NCBI GenBank assembly: GCA_905178155.1
Contig: CAJINV010000018.1
Span: 68,479-132,478, forward strand
DNA: 64,000 nt
DNA from: Amoebophrya sp. A120
Taxonomy: Eukaryota; Protista; Dinoflagellata
Direction of reading: 5' to 3'
The notes under the pieces were generated by a model. It saw nothing but the letters and a program-made list of their open reading frames with translations, was not told the DNA's origin and ran no database searches. This document shows, one piece after another, positions 13,991 to 27,600 of this stretch. Within the stretch, counting starts at the first letter, position 1. Every line of letters begins with the position of its first letter. A program made the position numbers and the translations under genes.

Positions 13991-15943
13991 GCAGTTGGGT
14001 CATAATACCCGTTTTCGTCCGCGTTTGCGTATGCAGATGAAGTCCGAGCCTTCTTTTGTGCGTACCTGGTTGTTATGCGCGAATGGTTGTAGCAACTGCA
14101 GCAAAAATAAGAGTGCTGCGTTTCTACTCACACTGCATCATATAAAGCGCTGCGGTTCTTCGCCCCTGCGGAAAATCATTGATCAATAATTTCCAATTAT
14201 ATGATGGAGACGCAAGTCCGCGTAGCCTCTTCTGGGGCGGAAATTTGTGAGGTGCTGGCGCTGCTAGCGACATGGCATGTGATGCCTCTGGCTGTATACA
14301 AGACAAATCTCAGTATCGACTTGCGAGCTCACTTCATCGTCATACCGCTCGCAACCACTCCTCAATAGTGACAAACTCCTCCCCATCATCAAGATCATCC
14401 GCCCCCGTATTTTCACCTGGATTATTTTCTTTTTTCAAAAAAATGGAAGCACCAACACCAACTTTGGTTGCTTCACTGACATCTCGTCAGCTGCAACATC
14501 AATAGATTCCGGCATCGATATGTTGCTGTTTGTCTACAAGATTTTGCTCAGATAACGCCATGGATCGCATGTGGAAATGATCAGACCTCACTGATCTTGT
14601 TCTGTAAATTATAACAGGAACAACATAACTGCAACCACAAAACTCGAAACTAGTAAAACGTTACAACAACACAACCGACTACTCTACATGACTTAATTAG
14701 CGGCCCAAACATAAGGTTCGGGTCAAATGACGTTTTCACCTCGTGGACGTGCGACTCGTATCTCTATCTCTCGAATCCCTCTCAACAAATCTTTCCTGGA
14801 AAGTCTGAACACCTCTCGCAGCGAAATTCTAGGACCCGCTGCCGGCCCTCGCAATTATCAATCATAGTCGTGATTATTTGCTGTTGCCACTACCTAGCAC
14901 CTACCAGATCAGAGTTCAAAGTCACAGTAACGATAAGACGCACGATACACAACGCACCCGCACGATCTACGAAATGCTGATACAACTATGATGAGCGAAC
15001 TCTTGAAATTAGAACTACTAGTGAACGAAAGCGATGCAATGGTAATACAGACGCACGACAAACCGCACACAAATAGGAATGGAACGAAAGTTTCTTGCTG
15101 GCCTTCATTTGAAGAGGAAAAAAGCAAACACGACGGGACTGCGCTCTTTAAGATAGGAGCGCGCATCCCCGCTCCTTCATGTCCGTGGAGCTGCGGACGA
15201 TGCTACTTAGCTGCGCATCGTGTGCTACACGGGTTGTCTGTGCCTTGCGGTTGAAAAATACGTGCTGAATTTTGTAAAAAAAGTTGCGTGGTTTTCGATT
15301 CGCTGTCTACGAGAAAACGCGATCTGTAGGCTCTTCAAGAGAGGCATAAACACAGTCATTGTTCATTAATCAGCGTCTGTCGTACGGGTTCTCTGTCGAA
15401 CTCGAAAGTAGGGACTTCTTCTCCACAAAGCGAGTACTAGTGCGACCGGGTTCGATCGAAATCGCAGTGCGAAGCTTATATAAAAGTCAACTCTTAGTGT
15501 CTTTCTTGAGGTGGAGGAAAGTCGCGTCGTAGGTTGGCAGTACACTCAAATTTGAACTGCGCATTTTAAAAATTAAGAACAAGAAGTCGACAGTTGCATT
15601 AGTACTTAGCAGCGCTTCTGCTAAGTATCTCTTCAGAAAAAAACTAAGTAACTCTACTCCAGAGAGGTAAGTTCCCCACGTGAGTCTTTGCTTACTCACC
15701 ATTGCCCTTAGCAGCGTCCGGCTTAAAAACCATGTGGGGTGGCAGCACCTTCGAAGAGCTCGCACCAGAGGACGACGCAGCGGCGCCTGCGTTAACATTG
15801 TCGTATGCATTGCAAAAAAATTGCACTCGTAGGAACTACAGTATGTACATGACAAGTCTTCCACTTCAGGGAAGATAGCATTTACAAATTCCGTCTCATT
15901 CTCATGGTGAGGAAGTTTGCAATTCTAGTGCCCCTAGTTGCTA

Positions 15944-18900
15944 CTAGTGCGATGATTTTGCAACGCATATGTCGATGTGGTCGTCGAGTTCATCAAGGCT
16001 AATCACCTCGCTTACACCGAGCTTGTCGTCCTTTTTCGCCGATTTTTTCTTCATCGCCTGCGTTTTCTTATCCGCGTCCTGAGATCCCTTTGCTGCTCTC
16101 TTCATCGGAGTTTTTTTCTTCTTCGGTGTTCCCTTGTCCGCATCCTGAGATCCTTTCTCCCTCTTCATCGGAGTTCTTCTCTTCATCGGCGGTTTCGGCT
16201 TCCCCTCTTCTCCCTTCGGCTTCTTTGACGCAGGCAAGGTGCTATTAGTGTTTCCGGGGCTGGAACGCTTGCTGTTACTCGCCTCGGGGGTGTTGAAGGT
16301 GCTGATGCTGGGGATGACGTTGAAAAACGTTGGAAAAATATGAACGACAAAAATGCTGGGCAGAGCCACACTGCGTTTTTATATTTCTCATGCATGTATC
16401 CACATGGAGGCCGAGACGGTATCAAAAGGCATTCCATCATGCAAAATGTCAGAAGTAGCGTATATGTCATGCTAAATGTGATACGTAACCCTGCGCAAGA
16501 AGTATAAAAATCGGCTTGGCTCTGCCCTCTCTACCAACATAGTGCCCCAGAACCGACTGCTGCCCGACCGGGGGATACTCCTTCTTCATAAAATGAACCT
16601 GAGAGTGAGCAGTTGCTTTAGAAGAGGCTCCACCGAACTGGGTCACGCTAAGGTAACTAAGCCGCACTTCTACATCAGCAGAGCCGAACTTGTCATGCGC
16701 TTTTTCTATCAACTTTATGAGAAAGGCCTTCCAAACATCGACCGAAATTTAGAAACTAGAAAAGTACCTTGTTCAGGTAGTTCTGAATCTCGATGTCGTC
16801 CCTCACTTTGTACACGTCCATGATGTACTGGCGCTTGTACTCCATGACATCACTGGACCCCCCGCGAATTTCGTCGTCTTTGCTCTTGGTCCGCACATAA
16901 AGCTCGTGGGTCTTGAACTCGGTCAGAAAAGCCTGCAGGACGTCCTCGCAGGTGAACAAACCTTGTCCAGAAATTTTAATTTTATAGATACATACACACA
17001 CAACAAGCACACGATCTTCAAAAATTTCTTGAGGCTTCACGAATAGAAAAATGCAAGGAATCTACAGCAGTCGTTCATGGGAAAACGAAAAAATCAATCC
17101 TGTGACACCACGTAAACAAAAATGAACAAAGCGGCTTACCTACGTACTTCATCCCCCGGAACCGACTGCAAACCAGCCGGACCGGATGGGGCATGTAGTC
17201 GACCAATATGCTCACTCCACCCTTGCCAAAGCTGGCAATGACGTCATCCCAAAATGCGTAGGTCTTGTGCCGCCGGTACAACGTGCGTTTCGGTAGGTCT
17301 TGCACCACCGGCACCTCTTTTTCCTTTCCTTCGGGCTCCTTGTCCTTGTTCGGCTGCTGCACCCCCAGCGGGGCCTTGTCCAGGAGCTGAGTCTCATCAT
17401 CGGAGGCGGGGCCCTGCTCGTCTTCGTCGGAGTCACTCACGTCCAGGTCGCCGCCGCCCTTCTCGCAGGTTCTGTATTCTGTGCAAAAGTATCGCACTCG
17501 TACTAAGTAAGTAATCGCATTCATGCATTACAAATTCCTTTCTCAGGTTAAATCCGCATTACAAATTTTCTTTCTCATGCTGAGGAAATTTCAATTTGTC
17601 ATGCGATTTATCAGTACTAGTACGAAGCGATACTTTTGCAATGCGTATTCTGGTGTATCCCGCAATAACATCCTCGGATTCCTCCAGTTCCTGGTGCCTT
17701 GCCGCGTCAATTTTGTAGAAGCTGCTGCGGGTCCTGATGTGTGCGAAGATTGTGACTTCATATCTTCATGGCGCTTTGCAAACTTACTCAGCTCTACCTC
17801 CTTACCCACAAAAGCCCTGTAGATTGCGTCTACTGCACACAGTGCGTCTACTTGAAAAGTAACAAAAATTATAAGTACTCGAAGCGAGTGTTGTTCTCAT
17901 AGTCGTAGTATTTGTCGATCGGAAACTCCGGGGCGGTCGTCATATAGCCCTCGCGGAGGGTGGCCCGCTTGGACATATTCGCCGGCTGCTTCTGCGGCAG
18001 CAGGTTGCCGGACTTCACCTTACCGGAGATCTTGCGGAGCTCCGCCCCTGTTACGTAGAAAGAGTTTTATCATGCCAGACTTTATTTCGGGAAAGAACGT
18101 CAAAAACTCACTCGGAAACAATTACCGCGCCAATACTTATTTGGAAAGAAATCTATCAACTTTGAGGCAGCGCGGGGAAGTGAAAAACTAAACGCCGCGG
18201 CGCTATGACGATGGTGCTGGTGGCGCACAAGCACAACGAAAGCAAAGCAAGCAAGTACGCGCGAGGTTGCTGCAGGATTTCGAAGCGCCGTCCAGAAAAA
18301 AAACCGCCGGGCGGGATTCGCTCTGCACCACATGTTTTAAATTTTGACACATGTCGATATCCCACAGAAAAAAGCTGGCAGGGCATGTTTGTAATGCAAA
18401 AACAAATAGAACACGCAAAAAAATCTGCCATGGGCGCCCTCATAGCATGCCACTTTCTTAGGCTACACAATACAAGCTTTTTCGCCAGTTTATATTTTTT
18501 TTGCCTGCAGCGCCAGATTTTACTTCCTCCTGCATTACAAATATGACCTGCCAGCTTTTTCGGCAGGGTAATCGACCTTGACGCGTTCGTTGGCGAGAAC
18601 CTTAAAAGGCCACCGGGCGTCTTTGACACCCATCACGGCGGCGGTGTTCACGTCGAAGACATGGAGGATTTTCTGCTTTTTGTCCTTGCTGATCCACTTT
18701 TTGTAGGGCGGGTTGTGGGTGTTGATGATTTTTCCAGTGACGAACACGCAAGCACTATCCTGTGCAAAAATATCGCATTCGCAAGTATAAAACTCCTGCA
18801 TTACAAAAATTGCTCTTCAAGTAAACCAGCATGACAAATTTTCTTGAGTTTTCTGCTATCGATTTTTCTGAAAATAACTAAGCCAGCATGACAAATCTTC

Positions 18901-21900
18901 ATCACCCTAAGTATATATTGCAACGCGACATCAAAAATGCTCACTCACTTTCTTCATTTCTGCATTACAAATTTGATTTTTTCCAAAAAGGCACGACCCG
19001 GCAACATTGGCACGAGTGCGATGCTTTTGCAGTTTATAATCATCTTCGGAAACTCCGCACTTTTTGCGCCGGAACCAGGTGTCCGGGTCCTCCAGGGTGT
19101 CCGCTGCCACCGCGGGCGGCTTCGACGCCTCGTCCTCCATCGCCCACAATTCGTCATCAGAATTATTTTCCTGCGCCTGCTGCTCTGGCTCTGCGTCCGC
19201 AATCACCGGCTCCGTCGGGATCTCTTCCGCCACCATCTCCTGCAGTCGCGCGGCATTCTGTTTGTAAAGTTTTAGTGTGGGTTAGAGAATGGGAAGCCTT
19301 TGCTTCGAGTGAAAGTCTAGGAACGAACCGGCCCGAGCAAAACAACTCTTCAGGCGCATCAGCAGGCGCGTCAACACTAGTGACAGTGAGCGGCAAGCAC
19401 TTACCTCGTGGTCTGCCAACTGGTCCTCCCGCGCCTGCTCCTCCGCAGCAGCCTGCATCTGCACCAACTCCTCCCGCACGGGCTTCGTGAACCACTCCTC
19501 GTACCCCTCGTCCACATTGTCCTGCAGAAACATCTTGGCATCCGCGGAGTTGTATTTTCCTCCGAGGGTGTCGGCCTTGTCCTTCAGCATCGGATTGTAA
19601 TCACCCCGCTCCAACTTGTTCACAGCTATTCTCGGCAAAAGTATCGCGCTGATATACTAAATCGGCATCTTCATCATCGTCGTGATCCAGCATGACAATT
19701 TTTCATATCGATCCAAATCACCACGAGGCCCTACCTACGTATCTCAATCAGCACGGCCACAAATCCCCTGCGCCGTGGTATTTTCATGACCAAGCAGCGT
19801 GAGAGTCTCTTCGTGAAATTTGAACTCGAGATGCGATTTATACTGCTCAGCGCGATACAATTTCAATGCATAAGGGCAAAGAGCCAGCGAAAATACGGCT
19901 CGTGGACCTTGCGCTCCTCTTCGTCCAAATCCGGAAAGCAAAACGCCTGGGCACTTTGCGACTTATAGCTCATCGCGTCTGCGAATTTCTTCTTGTGTTC
20001 GCTGTAGTCGGCGTACTCGGGGTCGGTAACAAACCAGGCGGTGAGCATCGTACCGCGGAGCGTGTTGTACAACATGCACAGGAAGCAGTCGGTCATAGCC
20101 GCGTCCTTATCCATGTCAATAATCGTGTTGTCCTGCGTCTCCCAACCCTCTTCCGTTTGCTTGTCCAACTGCTCCTGCTTCCAATGCTCGAACTTGTGCT
20201 CAAAAGGGAAGATGGAAATCCAATCCTTCACCGCCGTCGTACTCTTCACCTTAGTAAGTAGCGTGTCGATGAAGGTCGGGTTCTGCAGGATGGAGGTGCT
20301 GGGGTTCAAAATGTCCATTCCTCCTTTCGAGAAGCAGTCCTCGGAGTCGAGCACGATCTGGTAGATTCTCCCAAAAGTGTCGCCGTTTTTCTCATTGATT
20401 CGCAACCTGGAGTGAAAATTTCGGATGGGCGGTAATGAGTAAACTCAGAACTCTTTGTCTCGAAACGATCCACCCCATGTTGGCGTCTAGCATGCAAGCA
20501 AGCACTTCCTCAATATTGAGAACAAAAAACAGGAGGCTCTAGTGAGGACCGACAGAAACACAGTCTACGTAAGTACCCCGTGGTCGATTTCCACTGAATC
20601 TTTTCCCCACAGAGCTTTCCGATCTTCTTCGCATTGAGAGAACCTGTAGAGATTTAATACTTAAGAGTTAAAAACAAGCTTCGGCCCGTTCTCACGCATT
20701 GACTTTCAATCATCATCATCATCTATAAAAAATCCCTCAAAGAAAGAAATAAGTACGTCGCTCGATCCCTCAAAGAAAGAAGTAAATAAGTCTTCAAGAC
20801 TTCTACAAAAAATCCCTCAAAGAAAGAAATAAGTACGTCGCTCGACAGAAGTAGTTTGTAATGCGTAAAGTAGTTTGTAATGCGTAAATACTAAATACCC
20901 AGCAGAAGTAGTCTGTAATGCGTAAACGCTAATACCCAGCTCAACTCGACCGGGGCCGGGTGCGCGTAAATATTTATACTGCAATCAAAAAACAGACTTG
21001 AAGTTGTCGCTGTAAGTGAGTACGTATATAGGTCTAAGTCAGTACGTCGCGCCTTTTTCTCCTGCTTCAGGATGTACTTGTACAGCTTGCAGTAGGTGAC
21101 GATCCCGGGCTGCTCATACAAGTACGTCTGCCGATCCTGCTGCAGCCCGAAGGTTGCAACGATGTTTTTGACCGTTTTGACCATCATCGGATAAGCACCA
21201 GCTGCCCGCCACCCTCTGCGAATTCCATTGCTGTCATCCGGGTCCTCTTTGGATCCTTCCATGATGCCCCAGAAGAAAGCAAGATACTCGAGCATCGGGG
21301 ACCAGCGCTTTTCCTCCTCCTGGTAAATGGCCGTGAAGTCTTCGAAGAAGTACGGGGCAAACGCGTAGGTGTTGGGCGCCTTGTTTTTCGTCATCGCCCA
21401 GAACTCCACTCTATGACTTGCAAAAGTAAGTACTTAGCATCACAATCGCACCTGTGGGTGCCAACCACCGCCATGCATTTCAAATCGCGATCTTCAAGCT
21501 CAGGAAAATCGGCATTACAGCTTTTGCTTTCTCATGCTGAAGAAGTTTGTCACGCGATGGAGATGCTTTTACTTCCTTTTGCAATTCATACATCACGCGC
21601 TGCACCGTCGGGAGCCCCTGCGGGGCTTCGTAGTTATTCAGAATGTCCTCGGGCTTGTAAAACATGTTGATCTGGTTTTTTTTTTGTGGATTATGACGCG
21701 CGTTCTAGTTGCATTGGATCTGCCCACCCACTCAGTGCGGCAGTGCTGATCTCTGGCACGTAGTGTCAAATGTCTTGAGCGTATTGCTATCAACAATGGT
21801 CGAAATTTGTGCCGCCATGCTGTTACGTCAGCGTCATGAGTGCTGCGCTAGCTCACTAGCCAGACCGAAGTCAAGTGAGGCGCGGCACGCAATGCTGCGG

Positions 21901-22267
21901 CGTTATTTGGTGTAGCCAAAAGGAGCGCGCCCCTCCACGCACTAAAATGTCAACGGGAGGGCGGAGAGCTGATGGCTATTTAGAAATCTAAAAATCAAGT
22001 TCGAACCGGCCTCCTACTGTCACTGCAAAAACAAAAACGGCAAGTAAGTACTGCCAGCTTGGACCCATCGTTCACGTCGTTAAGGTCATCGTGGGGAGTA
22101 AGATTCGCATTGTCCGGGTCCGGGAAGACTTTGCGGCAAGCCTGGGTGACAAACTCCAACCAGAACTTCTTCATCCCAGCTTCGAAGCCGTAAATCTTGA
22201 CGAAATCCTTCTGCTCCTCAATGAGGGCGAATCCTCGCTCAGCGACAAGCTCGCTAAGTGCAGCCAT
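15944..22267 (-). CDS. multi-exon gene with a putative beta-class DNA amino-(N6A/N4C)-methyltransferase-like C-terminal half
   Basis: ATG at 22267 (MAALSELV). Exons are split by GT-type introns and 4 introners. Spliced segments read KIINTHNPPY (NPPY at 18703-18714), DMCQNLKHVVQ..AVFFLDG, YEVTIFAHIR and YRRHKTYAFWDDVIASFGKGGVSILVDY...RGMKY, in beta-class order. The FxGxG motif is degenerate. Exon chain and 3' end are only partly resolved. Confidence 0.45.
17475..17647. mobile_element. introner, family E (173 bp)
   Basis: TIR tattctgtgcaaaagtatcgc / gcgatacttttgcaatgcgta; perfect DR TTCTG; removal gives DVIAGYTRTCEKGG. Confidence 0.9.
18358..18570. mobile_element. introner, family D (213 bp)
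   Basis: TIR tatcccacagaaaaaagctggcagg / cctgccagctttttcggcagggta; DR gtcga/atcga; removal gives ERVKVDMCQNLK. Homologous to 51768-51937. Confidence 0.9.
18756..19038. mobile_element. introner, family E-like (283 bp)
   Basis: TIR tatcctgtgcaaaaatatcgc / gcgatgcttttgcagtttata; DR agcac/atcat (3/5); removal plus 5 nt gives VSEDDCVFVTGK. Confidence 0.8.
19627..19872. mobile_element. introner, family E-like (246 bp)
   Basis: TIR tattctcggcaaaagtatcgcgctga / tcagcgcgatacaatttcaatgcata; DR acagc/agggc; removal gives WLFALNKLERGD. Confidence 0.8.
20745..20925. repeat. short intronic direct repeats
   Basis: aaaaaatccctcaaagaaagaaataagtacgtcgctcga twice plus a partial copy, followed by agtagtttgtaatgcgtaa 2-3 times. 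Confidence 0.75.
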
Positions 22268-23539
22268 CTTCCGTGATTGTTTGGGGAAAAAAGACGAAGG
22301 TGAGTACTTAGGTGATTTGCAAACAGAGTGTGCTTGTAAATGGCGCCAATCGTAAGACGTGACGTTGAAGAGTAGCTTATATTGCAATGCGAAATCTATC
22401 AAAATAGAAGTTTAGGCAAAAGCACAGTAGAAGCGTTTAAGTAAGTTGAAGAGTTTATAAACTCGATTGCGAAAGCAAGTTACTCAGTAGTAAATCGGGC
22501 AAGCCGAATCCCTGTAAGAGGTTTTTGTAGTAAGTAAGTAAGTAAGTCTCAAAACCTAGCACCAGGCTGATGGAGGGGATGCGACTGAAAGTGCTCGCGG
22601 CGCTTATTGCGCAGGCCGCAATTATGAAAAGCCTACATACAAACACGACCGACGCCCCGACCGATAAGCAACGAAGTACACCCGTCGCGCGAGTGATGCT
22701 TTTGCTTTTTGCGATTGCCTATCTTCGTAAGTACTGGCTAAAGCCCAGCGAGCAGTCTGGGTCTTGCTTGGCCGATTCCATATCCGGAAAGGCCTAGGGC
22801 TGCAGATCTCTGAAATAGCCATTATAACGGATCTTGTTGCAATCGCTGCGGATTGATCTCTTCTCTCTGGGTCGCTTCATGCTGAGTCTCGATCTTTCGA
22901 CGGGTACTGCCTGATCAGGATTGGTCACACAAGATGGAGCACTTCGCTATCTACAACCTACTTACAGAAGGCTTGCGCCCTGCGTCTCGCTGTAGAGTGG
23001 ATCTCTGCGCAGTCTAGTACTCGACTCTTGCTACACGAGCGATTCCGCAACTCATGCCTGCTCGCATTTCAGAATCTTGCTGCAGTAGCTGTTCTACCAA
23101 ACATATTTAGCGGCGCAGACATAGGCGTCGTGTCCACAAATTCAAGAGCATATACTAAGTTGCGCCTAAGTACGCAAAGCCAGGAGGCAGGAGCACTTGA
23201 GGGGCGGAGTACTTATTCCATAATTTACACATCGCATCCAAGTACTGAGCCGCGCAAGCCCTGGCGCAGCCCAGCGTGGACATGCTGCGGGCCGGGGACT
23301 CGGGCGGGGTAGGGTTCGATGGCGTGCCAAGCCCCGCCGAGGACACACAAGGCGCCCCGCTTGACATCCAAAAGCCGCTCCTTCCACAGCGGAAGCCAAT
23401 GCTTTGTGCTGCAGGGTTGCCGCTCCGGAAAGCGGGGACTTTTCTTTTGTAAAAAGTGGCGGAAAAGCGGCCGGGCAGCCCAAAATTTCAGGAGGCTAGC
23501 CTTGCATAAGGAGCTTCGGGCGCAGCCCGAAAACTTTCG

Positions 23540-24428
23540 CCCCGGCCCAGATTTTAGGAGCCTATCCGAGGTTTTGGCCTTCAGAACCTCGCATAGCCCT
23601 CCACGATCCAGAAAAGAACTCTTCGTGGCGCTGTTGCGCCACCCAAGTTTCGAGGTGGCTATGCGAGGTTGTGGCTTTCAGAACCTCGGATAGCCATCCG
23701 CGAACCAAAAAAAAATTCTTCGCGGCGCTGCCGCGCCGCCCAGATTTCGGAGGGGCTATACGAGGTTTTGAAAATAAAAAGCCCGGGTAGGAAGTATACT
23801 CCTCGCGGCACTGCAACGCCGACCAGATTTCGGAGGGGCTATACGAGGTTTTGAAAATAAAGAGCCCGGGTAGGAAGTATACTCATCGCGGCGCTGCTAC
23901 GCCGGCCAGATTTCGGAGGGGCTATACGAGGTTTTGAAAATAAAAAGCCCGGGTAGGAAATATAATCTTCGCGGCGCTGCCGCGCCGACCAAATTTTGAG
24001 AGGGCTATGCGAGGTTCTGGCTTTCAAAACCTCACATAGCCCTCCGCGATCCAAAAAAAAATTCTTCGCGGCGCTGCCGCGCCGCCGAAATTTTGAGAGG
24101 GCTATACGAGGTTCTGGCTTTCGAAACCTCGCATAGCTCTCCGCGATGCAAAAAAAAAAATTTTCGCGGCGCTGCCGCGCCGCCCAGATTTCGGAGGGGC
24201 TATACGAGGTTCTGAAAAAAAAAAGCCCGGGTAGGAAATATGAGTTTTGCGTTTTTTCCTACCCGGGGTTTTTATTTTCAAAACCCCGGGTAGGAAATAT
24301 TTATCCGCTGCTCTGCTCGTCTGTAAGGGTGGCAACAGCTGATAAATATTTCCTACCCGGGGTTTTGAAAATAAAAACCCCGGGTAGGAAAAAACGCAAA
24401 ATGCATTTTTCCTACCCGGGCTTTTTTT
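23540..24428. repeat. tandem array of 83/98-bp units ending in a ~210-bp palindrome (probable non-autonomous element)
   Basis: Units beginning cgcggcgctgccgcg start at ~23623, 23721, 23804, 23887, 23970, 24067 and 24165. A hairpin at ~24219-24428 has ~85-bp arms built from cccgggtaggaa/ttcctacccggg. Confidence 0.85.
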
Positions 24429-24610
24429 ATTTTGCTGTCTGTTCCCATAGACCCCACGAGCCCCCGCGCATTGCAAGCTGTCTACACTGCTTTCCCACGT
24501 ATTTTCTACGTCTAAGTACGCGCGCACTGCTTTGGTGCGTGTCAGATGGCTAAGTACGTACGTAGTACTTACTCGAAGTTCAATCATGCTCCAGCGCTTA
24601 CATCCCGCAC

Positions 24611-27600
24611 CTACTCTTCGCGTGATCGCTTCCGCTTGTTCGTGTTGCCGAACACGCCAGTGAAGAGTGCCTGCGCTGCTTCTGACCGCGGTTGTCGTAA
24701 ACGCTCCGTGGTCGATCCCGACGACGAAGAGGCGCCGCTGCTGCTGGTTGACGAAGAAGAGGAGGCGGCCCGACTACTACTTGACGAGGAGGAAGAAGTG
24801 GCGCTCCTACTACTGGACGAGGGGGCAGCGGCACTATTACTGGCCCGAGAACTCGGCCCAGGTTCTACTGCAGATGCTTTTCCAGCAGTGCTTGCGGGCA
24901 TGTGTCGTGCCTTTGCGTTTGCGCCCACAATTGCTGCCCCAAAAATACCTCCTGGCTTTGCTGCTGCTGCTGCAGTTGTTTTGGAGGATGTAGGCAACGA
25001 CGCAGAGGCCGGGTTATTCGGGCCCGCAGATGTTGTTGCTGAACTAACTCGCGGCACTGTAGAAGCCGCGGACTTCGGATGATGATTCGGATTGCTGGCT
25101 GCAGCGTTGAGAGACGACGGCAAAGCTGGCAGATTGTATGCAGCTGCTTCCGCCGCGTTCCGCCACTCGATTCGCCGGCTCCTGATTCTCGAGTAGTAGT
25201 CGTTCTTCGCCGTGACGTAAGCAATGATTTCATCTCGCACCTTTTGCGCCTCCTCTTCTCGCCCTTTTTCCGTGAAATCCAGCATGACCTCCTGCCCCTC
25301 CATCACGATCGACAGGAAGTACTTGTTTTTTTTTTGCTTCTCGCTGTCCGATAACCGTCGCCCCAACAGGTTGCAGTCCTGATCCACCACGGCCACCGCT
25401 GCAGATATGGAGAGGTCGAAGCTTTTTCTCTTCCTGCAGACAATACGTTTTCTCTTCTGCAGACAGTATAAAGCTACCTACGCTTCCCGTGCTCCTTCCC
25501 GCTAATTATGTGCTCTCGCTCCTTCCCGCTAATTATGTGCTCTCGTGCTATCCCGCTAATTATGTGCTCTCGTGCTATCCCGCTAATTATGTGCTCTCGT
25601 GCTATCCCGCTAATTATGTGCTGCATATCTCGTGCTATCCTGATAGTTATGCGCTGTATTTAAAGCTGCTTATTTAGTGCTTCCTTATCCTGCTTAGTAA
25701 GTATCCTGCAGAACGAGAAAGCGGGTAGCCTGGGTCGGTGGCCCCTCCATAGCGTGGTGATTTCCCGATTTTGCATCCGCCCAGTTGCTGGTCCCGTACG
25801 CATATGCCACGCGAAAGCTTCTGACTAGTGAGTAGAAATGACAGTAAGCACACATCTCCGCAGCATGAGGCACTCAAGTGCTGTTATTTGTCATGCATGG
25901 CAGTGAAGTCTTATCAAAAAATCAATTCCACGGCGCTACTACACAATTTGGGGGGTTAATAGATCACCCGTGGTTATGCAAAAGTAGGTCGAAAAGATAC
26001 AACTTTCTTGTACTCAAGATCAATTTTCGACATCTCATTTGTCAGCCAGCATCTTATTTGTCACGCATTACAGTCTGTGATTGCTACTCACGAGCCCGAT
26101 ACTTTGTTTTTCACAGGATAGCGAAAACACCGCTTCGGCCTGTTCGTCGTTGAACTTGAAGACGTGCTTCAGCGCATTCTTCACCTGCCGTGGCAAAACT
26201 AGGCCCGACTCGTGAAAGAGGACCCAGTCGCTCTTCTTGTCCGGGCCAGCCTTCCTCGCTTCAATAAGCTCGCTTTTCTGTTTGGCAAGTATTCTCGCTG
26301 CTTGACGGTTATTCACCACTGCAAAAGTGTCGCACTTGTGGCCCAGGAATCGCAACGACGCATGGCACCAACATCACAAATAGTATGGCAATTCTGCATG
26401 ACAGGGCTCCTATCGCCCTAATTAGCCATGACAAGTCTTAACAGCCTCTCTGAGTTCGCGATGCGATTTCTAGCCAGAAGTGCAACAGTTTTGCATTGCG
26501 TAGTGTTGTTCCCGCAAGTTCTCTGCCTCGGTAGCAATTGCGTCTCCGAGAATGTTATGAACTGCAAAAGCATCGTACCAGTACAAATTGCGTGACAAAT
26601 TAAGTAGCCCAGCATTACAAATCACATTACAAATCAAATTTGTAATGCTGATTGACATTGAGAAAAAGATTTGTAATGCATATTTGCAATTAGTACGAGT
26701 ACGATACTTTTGCACAAGATACATGTATGGCGCACCAAAGGCCCTGATCACGCATCCTCCCTCGGGGCGAAGGAACAGAGAACCAGACTCCCCCTGCGTG
26801 TTTGGTAGTACTGAGGAAGACTAAGTACTTAAACGTACTTAGTTGAAGTGCCACGCGGGTCTGTAAGTGGGGCACACTTACCTAGGTCGAGAGCTTCAGC
26901 GCGACCACTCACAACGAGGAGAGGTAGTACTGCTGAAGCCCTTCCAGCACGCAATTTAACTAAGTAAGCACCCTCGGCCAGGTGTCTGAAGTGATCAGGG
27001 CCGCGTCTTAGCTCGCGGGAGTTGTGAAGCCGTATCCACGCTGAGTTGCTTGGGCCTGTGGCTCGTGCTTTCTTTTTTGCAAAACTTTACCAGCACTACT
27101 TACACCTCCGTCCACCCAGCTGTGCTGCCTGGCCGCTTGAATTTGCAAAGGATAAGTAAGCACGGGCGCATGCAAAAACGGTGTGTACAGTTTCCCTACC
27201 GAGCTACTTTCCCTCATGCCAAGCCTTTTCTTATCATCTTCGAATCGTAGCGCCCGATCATACTAGAGCTCATAGTCGAGTAAGCGTCTGCAAAAGAAAC
27301 ACCCGCACAGGCGCCGTGGGTTCTCGAAATCATACGACGCTCCGTCAGCTTGTATCCAAAGAAAAACACTTGCCGTCGCCTTCTTTTGTGGCCGCAGCGC
27401 GCATCTGCACACGGGCTTCGCTCTACTTGCATCCGCTGTTTTCAAAAACCTGACAAAGAGTAGTCCGGATCTGCAAATGATGCATTTGCAGTAGAGGATG
27501 TAGTAAGTAATTCAAATTTGCCTTCTTGTGCGTGGGAGTCCGAAAGTGCGCACTGACGAGTACAAATACTGCGAGGCGGTGTGCATTTTGAGGAGGATAA

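Noticed and set aside
23540-24240. CRISPR-like repeat/spacer appearance
   Set aside because: The apparent spacers are themselves repeated (two variants), the units are 83-98 bp, there are no cas genes and the context is eukaryotic.
25497-25655. 27-bp repeats as a CRISPR array or a PANYVLSCY peptide gene
   Set aside because: Head-to-tail minisatellite without spacers; the ORF is a by-product of a unit length divisible by 3.
25970-26120. Possible additional degenerate introner (right end ...tcacaggata)
   Set aside because: I could not define a convincing left TIR or direct repeat.
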